DNA from: Nitrospirota bacterium
GTDB taxonomy: Bacteria > Nitrospirota > UBA9217
Assembly: GCA_035291685.1 (NCBI GenBank)
Contig: DATDRO010000293.1
Coordinates: forward strand, 1-32,765
Reading direction: 5' to 3'
DNA: 32,765 nucleotides
The notes under the pieces are model-generated. The model was not told the DNA's origin and did no database searches. It was given only the letters and a program-made list of their open reading frames with translations. The first letter of the stretch is position 1. Every line of letters begins with the position of its first letter. Made by a program: the position numbers and the translations under genes. Shown one piece after another: positions 1 through 8,294 of this stretch.

Positions 1-303
1 TCCTTATTTTTTTGGGCGGCTCATCGCTCAGCCGCCTCTGCATGCCCGATAGAGTACTTGTTTTTCAATAGGTATCTCGCATTCTGAAGAAGCATTATTG
101 TATTCGACCTTCGGAGGGGGCATGCTCAACGACGGCCTTCGCGTCAGAGCCGCCCGGCACAGGGGAACGTCAGAAGCATTGACCTTGTGCTTTTTCCCAA
201 AATCCGCTGCACCCCGGTCTTCGCCAACGAATAACCGATGATAGGCATGGAAACCTTAACCTGTCAGGCTGATGAAATATTTAGCATAATAATAAAAAAA
301 CCA

Positions 304-332
304 TTGCCTCCGGCGTTCTCTTGGAGTAATAT
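304..332 (+). promoter_or_regulatory. sigma70-like promoter upstream of the ABC-F gene
   Basis: TTGCCT (304-309), a 17-nt spacer, then TAATAT (327-332), about 48 nt upstream of the ATG at 380. An SD-like GAGGGGG lies just before that ATG. Confidence 0.4.
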
Positions 333-379
333 GCAAGGCTTGTTATCAAAAGGAAGCTTTGCTTCATTCGAGGGGGAAC

Positions 380-2026
380 ATGCTGCAGGTCACGAACATA
401 GAAAAGAATTACGGCAAACAGACGCTCTTCGACGGCGTCAGCTTTACCATCAACCCGCGCGAGCGCGTGGGCCTTGTCGGCAGGAACGGCCACGGCAAGT
501 CAACGCTCTTTCGCATGATCCTGGGAGAAGAACGGCAGGACTCCGGAACGATCACCGTGCCTTCGGGATACACCATCGGCCACCTGTCCCAGCACATTCA
601 CTTTACGGAAGATACGGTCCTCAAAGAGGCTTGCCTGGCCCTTCCGGTGAACGAAGACTACCTCGACGAGACGTACAAGGCGGAGGCCATCCTGCATGGT
701 CTCGGGTTCACGAACGATGACTTTGACCGCTCGCCCTCGTCGCTGTCCGGTGGTTACCAGGTGCGCCTGAACCTTGCCAAGGTGCTCGTGTCGGAGCCGA
801 ACCTCCTGCTGCTCGACGAGCCCACGAACTACCTCGACATCATCTCGGTCCGCTGGCTCACCCAGTTCCTGCGCGCCTGGAGGAACGAGCTGATCATAAT
901 CACCCATGACCGGGACTTTATGGACGGCGTCACCACCCACACCATGATAATCCACCGCTGCAAGATGAAAAAGATCGCGGGGGGCACGCAGAAGCTCTAC
1001 GACCAGCTCCTTGTGGAAGAGGAGATCCACGAAAAGACGCGGCAGAACGACGAGAAAAAGCGCAAAGAGGTCGAGCAGTTCATCAACCGCTTCAGGGCCC
1101 AGGCGACCAAGGCAAGCGCGGTCCAGTCCCGCATCAAGGCGCTCGCTCGCCACGAAAAGCTTGAAAAGCTCGATGAGATCAGGAGTCTCGACTTTTCCTT
1201 CCGGTCGGCGCCCTTCTCCGCCAAGTGGCTCCTGAACGCGGAAGATATTTCCTTCTCTTTCTCGGGCAATGGGCCGAAGCTGATCGACGAGCTGAGTGTC
1301 GCCGTGGGCAAGAAGGACCGCATCGCCGTGATCGGCAAAAACGGCAAGGGCAAGACCACGCTGCTGAACCTGCTCTCGAACGAGCTTTCCCCCACATCCG
1401 GCGAGGTGAGACTGCATCCCAATGTCAAGCTGGCATATTTCGGCCAGACGAACATCAACCGCCTGAACCCCGCCATGACGGTGCTGCAGGAGATCATGGC
1501 CGTGCATCCGGAACACAACCACGGCATGGCGCGCGCCATCTGCGGGGCCATGATGTTCGAAGGGGACAACGCGCTCAAGAAGGTGAGCGTGCTGTCCGGG
1601 GGAGAGAAGAGCCGCGTGCTGCTGGGCAAGCTTCTGGTCTCGCCGGCCAACCTGCTGCTGCTTGACGAACCCACGAACCACCTCGACATGGAATCCATCG
1701 ACTCGCTCGTCGAGGCCATCGAGGTCTTCGACGGCGCGGTCATCATCGTGACCCATAGCGAGATGATCCTGAACGCCGTGGCTACGAAGCTGATCGTGTA
1801 CGACAACGGGATTGTCAGCGTGTTCGACGGCACATATCAGGAATTCCTCGAACGGATAGGTTGGAACGACGAGGGAGGCGTGCGCGTAAAAAAGGCAAAA
1901 AAGCAGGGCAACAACAAGGGCCTGAGCAGAAAAGACCTCAGCAAACCGCGTATTGAGAGTGTTTCTGACAGATCAAGGGTCCATGGCATGACCGCGGTCA
2001 TCGAGGAAGAGGTCGCGGCCCGATAA
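380..2026 (+). CDS. ABC-F family ATPase (two tandem ABC domains, no transmembrane domain)
   Basis: Two Walker A motifs (GRNGHGKST, GKNGKGKTT), two ABC signatures (LSGGYQ, LSGGEK), two Walker B motifs (LLLLDEPTN twice) and a charged inter-domain linker. I chose the start at MLQVTNIEK (380) over the track start at 359 because of the SD. Confidence 0.93.
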   Translation: MLQVTNIEKNYGKQTLFDGVSFTINPRERVGLVGRNGHGKSTLFRMILGEERQDSGTITVPSGYTIGHLSQHIHFTEDTVLKEACLALPVNEDYLDETYKAEAILHGLGFTNDDFDRSPSSLSGGYQVRLNLAKVLVSEPNLLLLDEPTNYLDIISVRWLTQFLRAWRNELIIITHDRDFMDGVTTHTMIIHRCKMKKIAGGTQKLYDQLLVEEEIHEKTRQNDEKKRKEVEQFINRFRAQATKASAVQSRIKALARHEKLEKLDEIRSLDFSFRSAPFSAKWLLNAEDISFSFSGNGPKLIDELSVAVGKKDRIAVIGKNGKGKTTLLNLLSNELSPTSGEVRLHPNVKLAYFGQTNINRLNPAMTVLQEIMAVHPEHNHGMARAICGAMMFEGDNALKKVSVLSGGEKSRVLLGKLLVSPANLLLLDEPTNHLDMESIDSLVEAIEVFDGAVIIVTHSEMILNAVATKLIVYDNGIVSVFDGTYQEFLERIGWNDEGGVRVKKAKKQGNNKGLSRKDLSKPRIESVSDRSRVHGMTAVIEEEVAAR

Positions 2027-2060
2027 GGGCTTCTATTACAAGGCACCGTATAATGAATAA

Positions 2061-2117
2061 GGATCGGGGACCCAGACAAACCCTTTTCAGTAAATTCACG
2101 ATCCCTTTTCTTTTTTT
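2061..2117 (+). terminator. possible rho-independent terminator after the ABC-F gene (weak)
   Basis: GGATCG (2061-2066) pairs with CGATCC (2099-2104) around a long loop, followed by CTTTTCTTTTTTT (2105-2117). Confidence 0.3.
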
Positions 2118-2350
2118 GCAGTCCTGATTTGTAAATCCTCCTTGCCTTTTACTCCCGTTTATACTATCTTTTCAATCAAGATGCAAAGAGCGCGAAATTT
2201 CAAGGCTGAAAGTTAACTCCTTGTTTTTTTCGTGCACTCCGGTCCCCTCGTGAGAAGTCAGGATTTCCCAGGGGTACGGTTGCGGTAAATTTCATTTCCT
2301 GTTCGGCAGACAATTATTCTGGAAGGTGCTGGATTTTCGGAGCTGATCAC

Positions 2351-3652
2351 ATGAAAAAATATTTCGAATTCGCGAAATACCGCACCAGCTACAAGCAGGA
2401 GACCCTTGCCGGGCTTACGACCTTCCTCACCATGGCCTATATCATCATCGTGAACCCGGCGATCCTCGAGGCGGCCGGCATTCCGAAAGGTCCTTCGACC
2501 ACGGCCACCATTCTGGCCGCGGTGTTCGGCACGCTGATGATGGGCTTCTACGCCAGACGCCCGTTCGCAATCGCTCCCTACATGGGAGAGAATGCCTTTA
2601 TCGCCTTCACCGTCGTCAAGGTCCTCGGATATTCCTGGCAGATGGCCCTGGGCGCTATCTTTATTGCCGGGGCGGTCTTTACGGTCCTGACGGTTTCGAA
2701 GATACGTGGCTGGCTTGCCAGCACCATCCCGCTGTCGCTGAAATACAGTTTCGCCGTCGGCATCGGCCTGTTCCTGGCTTTCATCGGGCTGAACGAAACA
2801 GGGATCGTCTCGATCGGGGTCCCGGGCGCTCCGGTAACGCTGGGAAGACTTTCCCAACCATCGGTACTGCTCGCCGTGCTCGGGTTTTTCATCATGGTGT
2901 TGCTCATCATAAAAAAGGTCAGGGGCGCCATCCTTTCAGGCATCCTTGCTACAACGTTCATCTCTATTATCCTCGGGGTCAGCCCGGCCCCTCACGCGCT
3001 GGTGAGCCTGCCTCCGGATCCGGGTCCGATATTGATGCAGCTGGATATCGCAGGGGCGCTGAGTCTCAAAAACCTGCCGATCGTCCTGATCATCTTTGTT
3101 ATGGCATTTGTGGACACGGTCGGGACATTGATCGGTCTTTCCGCGAGGGGAGGATTTTTGGACGGGAAGGGGAACCTTCCGGAAATAGAAAAGCCGATGC
3201 TGGCCGATGCCGTGGCCAATCTGGTAGCGCCGGTACTCGGCACGACGACGACCGGGGCATTTATCGAATCAGCGGCCGGAATCGAAGAGGGGGGAAGGAC
3301 CGGGTTTACTTCGGTCGTCGTGGCAGGCCTTTTTCTGCTCTCCCTGTTCTTTGCCCCGGTCCTTACCGCGGTTCCACAGCACGCGTACGGGGCCGCCCTG
3401 GTCGTCATCGGCGTCTTCATGATAGGCCCGATCATCAGGATAGACTTTACGGACTACACGGAACTGGTCCCTGCCTTTCTCACGATCGTGCTGATGGGCT
3501 TTACGTTCAATATTGGTGTCGGAATGACTGCCGGCCTGCTCGCCTATCCGCTGCTCAAAACATTCGCCGGTAAACGCCGGCAGGTTTCGGGCGGCATGTG
3601 GATCTTCGCTGCGTTGTCTCTCCTGTTCTATGTTTTTTATCCGTATAAATAA
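2351..3652 (+). CDS. NCS2 family purine permease (AzgA/PbuG/AdeP-like adenine/guanine/hypoxanthine transporter)
   Basis: The N-terminus MKKYFEFAKYRTSYKQETLAGLTTFLTMAYIIIVNPAILEAAGIP is typical of this family. The protein is polytopic and hydrophobic throughout. GGAG lies 8 nt upstream of the ATG. Confidence 0.9.
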   Translation: MKKYFEFAKYRTSYKQETLAGLTTFLTMAYIIIVNPAILEAAGIPKGPSTTATILAAVFGTLMMGFYARRPFAIAPYMGENAFIAFTVVKVLGYSWQMALGAIFIAGAVFTVLTVSKIRGWLASTIPLSLKYSFAVGIGLFLAFIGLNETGIVSIGVPGAPVTLGRLSQPSVLLAVLGFFIMVLLIIKKVRGAILSGILATTFISIILGVSPAPHALVSLPPDPGPILMQLDIAGALSLKNLPIVLIIFVMAFVDTVGTLIGLSARGGFLDGKGNLPEIEKPMLADAVANLVAPVLGTTTTGAFIESAAGIEEGGRTGFTSVVVAGLFLLSLFFAPVLTAVPQHAYGAALVVIGVFMIGPIIRIDFTDYTELVPAFLTIVLMGFTFNIGVGMTAGLLAYPLLKTFAGKRRQVSGGMWIFAALSLLFYVFYPYK

Positions 3653-3934
3653 GGGATCATCTCCAAAATGAGAGGGCGCGCCCTCAGATTCAGTTCGGAG
3701 TTCCCCCGATACGAGTATTCGAGGGCAGGCTGGGTTCGGAGTGGTGAGTGAAAAAAACAAGCATCGTGATTATCTATGATGATCGTGATTGTTTTTCTGC
3801 ACCGCCGTACACAGGTCCCCGTCCCGCCAAGGCGGGATTCACGAAATGCAGAGGTTCTGGAAAAGCAAAAGATTCAAACGATTTTGGATTTGCCCCTGCG
3901 TTCGAAAGAACACGGGAAATCCCTTCCGTTCTAT

Positions 3935-4384
3935 TCATTTTCGTTCATACAAACCTATGAGCTCCGCCTTGTCGAGGATGTGCCCTTTCATGGCAGCCTC
4001 GAGAGCGGCCCTGGTTGCGTCCGGTCCGAGAGTCAGCGCGGTGTCGAGGGCATAAAGCTTGAAGAAATAACGATGCGTGCCTGATGGCGGACAGGGGCCT
4101 CCGTAGCCGCGATTCCCGAAATCGTTCATTCCCTGTGCTGCGCCTGTCGGGATGGACTGTTCCTTAATCTCTCTCGTTCCCGGATCGATGTTCCACGCAA
4201 CCCAGTGTACCCAGGTGCCGCGCGGCGCATCAGGGTCATCGACGATCAATGCGAGGGACTTTGCCCCGGCTGGAATATTTTCGATCGTAAGAGGGGGATT
4301 CACATCTGCGCCGTCGCATGTGTATTTTGAAGGCAGGTATGCGTTATTTTTGAATGCCGAACTCGTTATCTTTATCCCAGCCAT
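3935..4384 (-). CDS. YbhB/YbcL (PEBP, Raf-kinase-inhibitor-like) family protein
   Basis: Family motifs DDPDAP...WVHW and GYGGPCPP.G.HRYFFKLYALD are present. I chose the start at MAGIKITSS (ATG 4384) because GGAGG lies 8 nt upstream. The track start at 4426 is a GTG without an SD. Confidence 0.9.
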   Translation of the reverse strand: MAGIKITSSAFKNNAYLPSKYTCDGADVNPPLTIENIPAGAKSLALIVDDPDAPRGTWVHWVAWNIDPGTREIKEQSIPTGAAQGMNDFGNRGYGGPCPPSGTHRYFFKLYALDTALTLGPDATRAALEAAMKGHILDKAELIGLYERK

Positions 4385-4738
4385 GTCTATCGCCTCCGTA
4401 TCAAAGCGTACACGAATAATAAACACACCACAACGACCCCGACACGACGAAACTCATAATTGAATCTCCTTGCAGTCCCGCTCCGGCGGGACAGGAAATC
4501 CCGATTCTTAAGGTAAGAACATAATCGTATCAAGCTACGGGGAATGCGCTCACTCCAGAATTCAATATATCCACCTCGGCTCAGGAAATTCACATTTTTA
4601 GCCTAACATATTTTTTGACTGATGTCTAATTACGCGAGGAAATCGTAAATATGATCACTTAGCAGGATATGAAAAAGTCGGGAACAATTCGGACATACTA
4701 CTTAAGTGTCCATCATCTTTGAGGTTGCTAAAGGGGGG

Positions 4739-4789
4739 GACGCCAGCGCGTCTTCAAGGCCAAATACTCCTTAGAGACGCGCGGGCGTC
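4739..4789 (-). terminator. strong stem-loop immediately 3' of the chemoreceptor gene (terminator or mRNA stabiliser)
   Basis: GACGCCAGCGCGTCT (4739-4753) pairs with AGACGCGCGGGCGTC (4775-4789) at 14 of 15 positions around a 21-nt loop. It starts 12 nt after the TAA at 4801-4803. No clean U-run follows on the minus strand. Confidence 0.35.
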
Positions 4790-4800
4790 GGGGGGGTATG

Positions 4801-6702
4801 TTATGCGGCCATTGCAACATCCGCCGTATCTTTTATCTGGAAGCGACCGACGGTTTCGCGAAGCTTCTTGGACTGTGTTGCAAGCTGGTCTGCCGAGGCG
4901 GAAAGCTCCGTTGAGCCTGAAGCATTCTGCTGGATCATGTCGCGTATTCGCTCGATGGACTTTACGACCTGTTCAACGCCGGCGGACTGCTCTTCAGACG
5001 AGGCGCTGATATTTTGCGTCAGATCGTTCAGCGTGGAAATGGCCTTGATGATCTGATCGCCTCCTGCCGATTGTTCGCTCGTGGCGATCCCGATCTCAGC
5101 GCTGTACTTGGCCACTTCTTCGACGGATTCCTCGATATGCGCGAGCGTGGACGCCACTTCTTTGCGGCCCTGGTCGAGCTCGTTCTGGACGCTCTGAAGG
5201 CTGGTATCCATGTGTTTGACGGCATTCTGCGCTTCTTTCTGAATGCCCCTGATGAGGTCGTTGATCTCCTTTGTGGAGACGGCAGAGCGCTCGGCAAGTT
5301 TGCGGACCTCATCCGCAACCACGGCAAAGCCGAGGCCCTGGTCACCCGCTTTTGCCGCCTCGATTGCCGCGTTGAGTGCGAGGAGGTTCGTCTGCTCGGC
5401 GATATCATCGATCACCTCAACGATGCGGCCGATGTCTTCTATCCTGACACTCAGGGTGCTGACGGTGTCCGCAACCCGGGTAATGGCGCTATTGATCTCC
5501 TCCATTCCTGCGGCGGATTTGTTCACCGCAAGCCTGCCCTTGACCACGGCATCGCGGGATTTTTGTGAGATATCGACGAGCCGTTTTACGTTTTCCGCAA
5601 CGCGCTTAATGGACACGATCATCTGTTCGATGGAGGAGGACGTTTCGTTCACTGAAGACGCCTGTGACATGGTGTTTTTGGCCACGCTCGACGTGTTTGC
5701 CGCCATCTCGTGCATGGTGGCGGTTATCTCTTCGATCGCCGCGGCCGCGCTTTCATTGTTCTTGGAAGCCTCTTCAGCCATGGAAGCAAGCTGGCCGCTG
5801 GCGGCGGAAATTTCCTGTGAGTTTTGGCGTACGCGCGACACGATATTCTGCAGGCCGGACATCATTTTCTGGAATGACTCGCCGAGGTAGTCGTGCTCAG
5901 ACCGCCTCGTCACTTCCCTGCGGAGCTCGCCCTGCGATATTTCGCCGGCGGTTTCTCCGATGTTCTTCAGATACCCTGACATATCTCCGAAGCTTTCCAT
6001 GAGTTTGCCGATCTCATCATGCGACGAGACCTCTATCTTCTGGAAGATCTCTCCCTGCGCGATCCGCCTTGAAAGCTCGGTCAGTTTTGCGATCGGGCCG
6101 AGGATGATCTTTTTCGATGAGGCATAGAGTGCCCCTCCGAGCAGGAACGCAACGACGAGATTTACGGCAAGAATATATGAGACGGTCATGGTGATCTGAC
6201 GGTTGATCTTATGATCTGACATGCCCATGGTGATAGTGCCGAGGACATCCCCCTCTATCACTATCGGAACGGCATAGTCCACCACGATGCCGGATTTTTT
6301 GATCGCCGCGATAAGTTCCGGCAGCTCGCTGTTCTTGGGCGCTGTCGCTACGGCGGCCTTGAGCCCGGGTACCTGATAGTTGATGCTTGCATAAAGAGAG
6401 GTAAGCACCTTTCCATCCGCGTCCTGGACCGTGGCGTATGCCACTTCGGGGTCCTTCGTAATATCTTTGACGATAGCATCCAGCTGGATATAGTCTTTCA
6501 TGATGAGCGGGTCCTTGCTGAGCTTCGCTATGTAAGAACCAAGGCTTTGACCCTTGTCGAGGAGGGACTGCTTGAGCATCTTTCGCTCATTCTGCGCAAT
6601 GAAGGCGCTCGCCGCGAAAGCGGTGATAACCATGATGACAAACATCACGCTCAAAAATTTGAACTGGATACTCTCGGTGAACTTTTTTTTGAATCTGAAC
6701 AT
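4801..6702 (-). CDS. methyl-accepting chemotaxis protein (TM, periplasmic sensor, TM, HAMP, MA domain)
   Basis: Conserved signalling hairpin [33 protein letters not shown], a HAMP segment ([16 protein letters not shown]...[10 protein letters not shown]) and two hydrophobic segments flanking a sensor of about 150 aa. Start set at ATG 6702 (MFRFKKK) with GGAGG 5 nt upstream. Confidence 0.93.
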   Translation of the reverse strand: MFRFKKKFTESIQFKFLSVMFVIMVITAFAASAFIAQNERKMLKQSLLDKGQSLGSYIAKLSKDPLIMKDYIQLDAIVKDITKDPEVAYATVQDADGKVLTSLYASINYQVPGLKAAVATAPKNSELPELIAAIKKSGIVVDYAVPIVIEGDVLGTITMGMSDHKINRQITMTVSYILAVNLVVAFLLGGALYASSKKIILGPIAKLTELSRRIAQGEIFQKIEVSSHDEIGKLMESFGDMSGYLKNIGETAGEISQGELRREVTRRSEHDYLGESFQKMMSGLQNIVSRVRQNSQEISAASGQLASMAEEASKNNESAAAAIEEITATMHEMAANTSSVAKNTMSQASSVNETSSSIEQMIVSIKRVAENVKRLVDISQKSRDAVVKGRLAVNKSAAGMEEINSAITRVADTVSTLSVRIEDIGRIVEVIDDIAEQTNLLALNAAIEAAKAGDQGLGFAVVADEVRKLAERSAVSTKEINDLIRGIQKEAQNAVKHMDTSLQSVQNELDQGRKEVASTLAHIEESVEEVAKYSAEIGIATSEQSAGGDQIIKAISTLNDLTQNISASSEEQSAGVEQVVKSIERIRDMIQQNASGSTELSASADQLATQSKKLRETVGRFQIKDTADVAMAA

Positions 6703-6732
6703 ACGCACCTCCACCCCGCCTTCTGCATACCC

Positions 6733-6831
6733 CTATTCGATCACCCGGGTCGCCGCCTTCAGGAAAGCCGGCGGGACATCAATATGTCCTGCTTTTGCCG
6801 CTTTCATGTTTACGATCACATCGAGCTTCTT
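6733..6831 (-). pseudogene. 3'-terminal remnant (32 codons plus stop) of an ABC_sub_bind (PF04392-like) solute-binding protein gene
   Basis: Hand translation of the minus strand gives KKLDVIVNMKAAKAGHIDVPPAFLKAATRVIE*. The C-terminus of the intact gene at 11371..12330 is KDLEVVINMKTARASRIDVPSAFLKTATKVIE*, which is 21 of 32 identical and shares the same stop position. Similarity vanishes upstream of 6831. Confidence 0.6.
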
Positions 6832-7179
6832 CAATAATGAATACAGTTGCGACACCCGCAAATAATCTCCCCATGGTTCTCATTTTTCTTCCATTTTTAT
6901 TATGCAATGGATTGCATCCAGGTTTTTTATTAACACATCATCATATTAAAGCAAAACGTTTGCCATTGTATTTTTTCGTTAATATACAACATGTTAGCAT
7001 TTTGCGCGATATGAGAGCATGTCGATTTCTGAACGGGATATCGTTTAATATTCCTATGAGTATGGACCTAACAAATTGAAAAACATAAGTTATCACAGTG
7101 TTGTATTTTGGACTGTCTTAACACGTGTTAGCCTGACAGAAGCCTCGTTTTGCCCTTTCCTCGCACATATGCGGGGTTC

Positions 7180-8268
7180 TTATGGCCTTGATAATCGCAG
7201 CGGGGGGCTGATAAACCTGTTCTTTTCTAGCTGTGCAATGATATGCGCGGACCACCCCGCTACCCTGCCTGCCGCGAATATCGGCGCACAGAGCCCGGTC
7301 GGCACGCCGAGCATATGGAGTATCTGGCCGGCGTAGAGGTCAAGATTGCAGCGCAGACCTTTTTCCCTGAGCATGATCTCCTCTATTTTTTCGCAAAGGG
7401 TATGCCGGCCATTATCACCCATTTGATCTGCAAGCCGCTTACTCAGTTTTTTCATGATCCGTGCTCGTGCATCACCCTGTTTATGAACCCCCTGGCCAAA
7501 TCCCATGATACGTTCTTTTCCCGCGAGTGCGAGCCTGATCCATTCCTCCGCCCGGCCTGTTTCCTTGATCTCCAGCAACCTCCGCAAGGCCTCTTCATTC
7601 GCGGCCCCGTGCTGTTTTCTCTTGAGCGAACCGATCTCGGCGGTGATCGCCGAATGATAATCCGTGAACGAGGATGCGGCAACCCGGGCCGCAAGGCTTG
7701 AGACACCAGACTCGCGTTCTGCATACAGAATGAACACGGCGTCAAGGGCGGTTACCGCATCCTCATCCGGGCCATAACCTGAGAGCATGTAAAGAAAATT
7801 TCGCGCGTGACCAAACTGTCGCATCGGGCTTATCGGCTCCTGGCGCTGCGATATCCGATAGCTCGCTGCGATTACCGTCGGCAGCTTTGCGATCGTTCTT
7901 ACCGCTTTTCTCAGAAGCGCTTTTTTCGAATTGTCCTTTGCCTCCGGGTCAACAATGCCCAGGAACGCCATGGCGGTCTGCAGGACGTCCATCAGGTGCG
8001 CCTTCGGCGATCTCTGCTTGAATATTTCTCCTGATTCAGCCGGAAGCTCCCTGCTTTCTGCAAGGTTATTTGAAAAGTCCTGGAGTTCCCCGGCGTCCGG
8101 GAGTGTCCCGAACAGCAAAAGATAGCAAACCTCTTCATACGTTGATCGTTGCGAGAGCACCTGGATATCATGCCCGCGATATGCAATGTTGCGGTTTTTC
8201 GGCCGTATATCGCTTGTCGATGTTATGGCGGTGCGGTATTCGCAATCAGGATAGTAAAGAACGCTCAT
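7180..8268 (-). CDS. citrate synthase family protein, divergent (active-site motifs substituted)
   Basis: Family landmarks are IAYRGHDI...YEEVCYLLLFGTLP, HGAANEEA (for LHGGANE), ERIMGFGQGVHKQGDAR (for GFGHRVYK..DPR) and NLDLYAG (for NVDFYSG). GAGGA SD lies 7 nt upstream. Confidence 0.85.
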   Translation of the reverse strand: MSVLYYPDCEYRTAITSTSDIRPKNRNIAYRGHDIQVLSQRSTYEEVCYLLLFGTLPDAGELQDFSNNLAESRELPAESGEIFKQRSPKAHLMDVLQTAMAFLGIVDPEAKDNSKKALLRKAVRTIAKLPTVIAASYRISQRQEPISPMRQFGHARNFLYMLSGYGPDEDAVTALDAVFILYAERESGVSSLAARVAASSFTDYHSAITAEIGSLKRKQHGAANEEALRRLLEIKETGRAEEWIRLALAGKERIMGFGQGVHKQGDARARIMKKLSKRLADQMGDNGRHTLCEKIEEIMLREKGLRCNLDLYAGQILHMLGVPTGLCAPIFAAGRVAGWSAHIIAQLEKNRFISPPLRLSRP

Positions 8269-8294
8269 ATCACCATCCTCACATCCAAGGTGAT

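Noticed and set aside
14-37. Hairpin GGCGGCT-catcgct-CAGCCGCC next to a T-run at the window start, considered as a terminator.
   Set aside because: The T-run precedes the hairpin on the + strand, and an A-run follows it on the - strand. The orientation is therefore wrong for an intrinsic terminator on either strand.
500-1756. 418-aa and 278-aa minus-strand ORFs (500..1756, 997..1833) and several + strand alternative-frame ORFs inside the ABC-F gene.
   Set aside because: They are antisense or out of frame to an unambiguous ABC-F coding sequence. Their composition is Arg/Gly/Ala-rich and low in complexity, as is typical of shadow ORFs in GC-biased coding DNA.
2258-2961. Minus-strand ORFs 2258..2857 and 2578..2961 overlapping the permease gene.
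   Set aside because: These are shadow frames of the NCS2 permease and contain no recognisable motifs.
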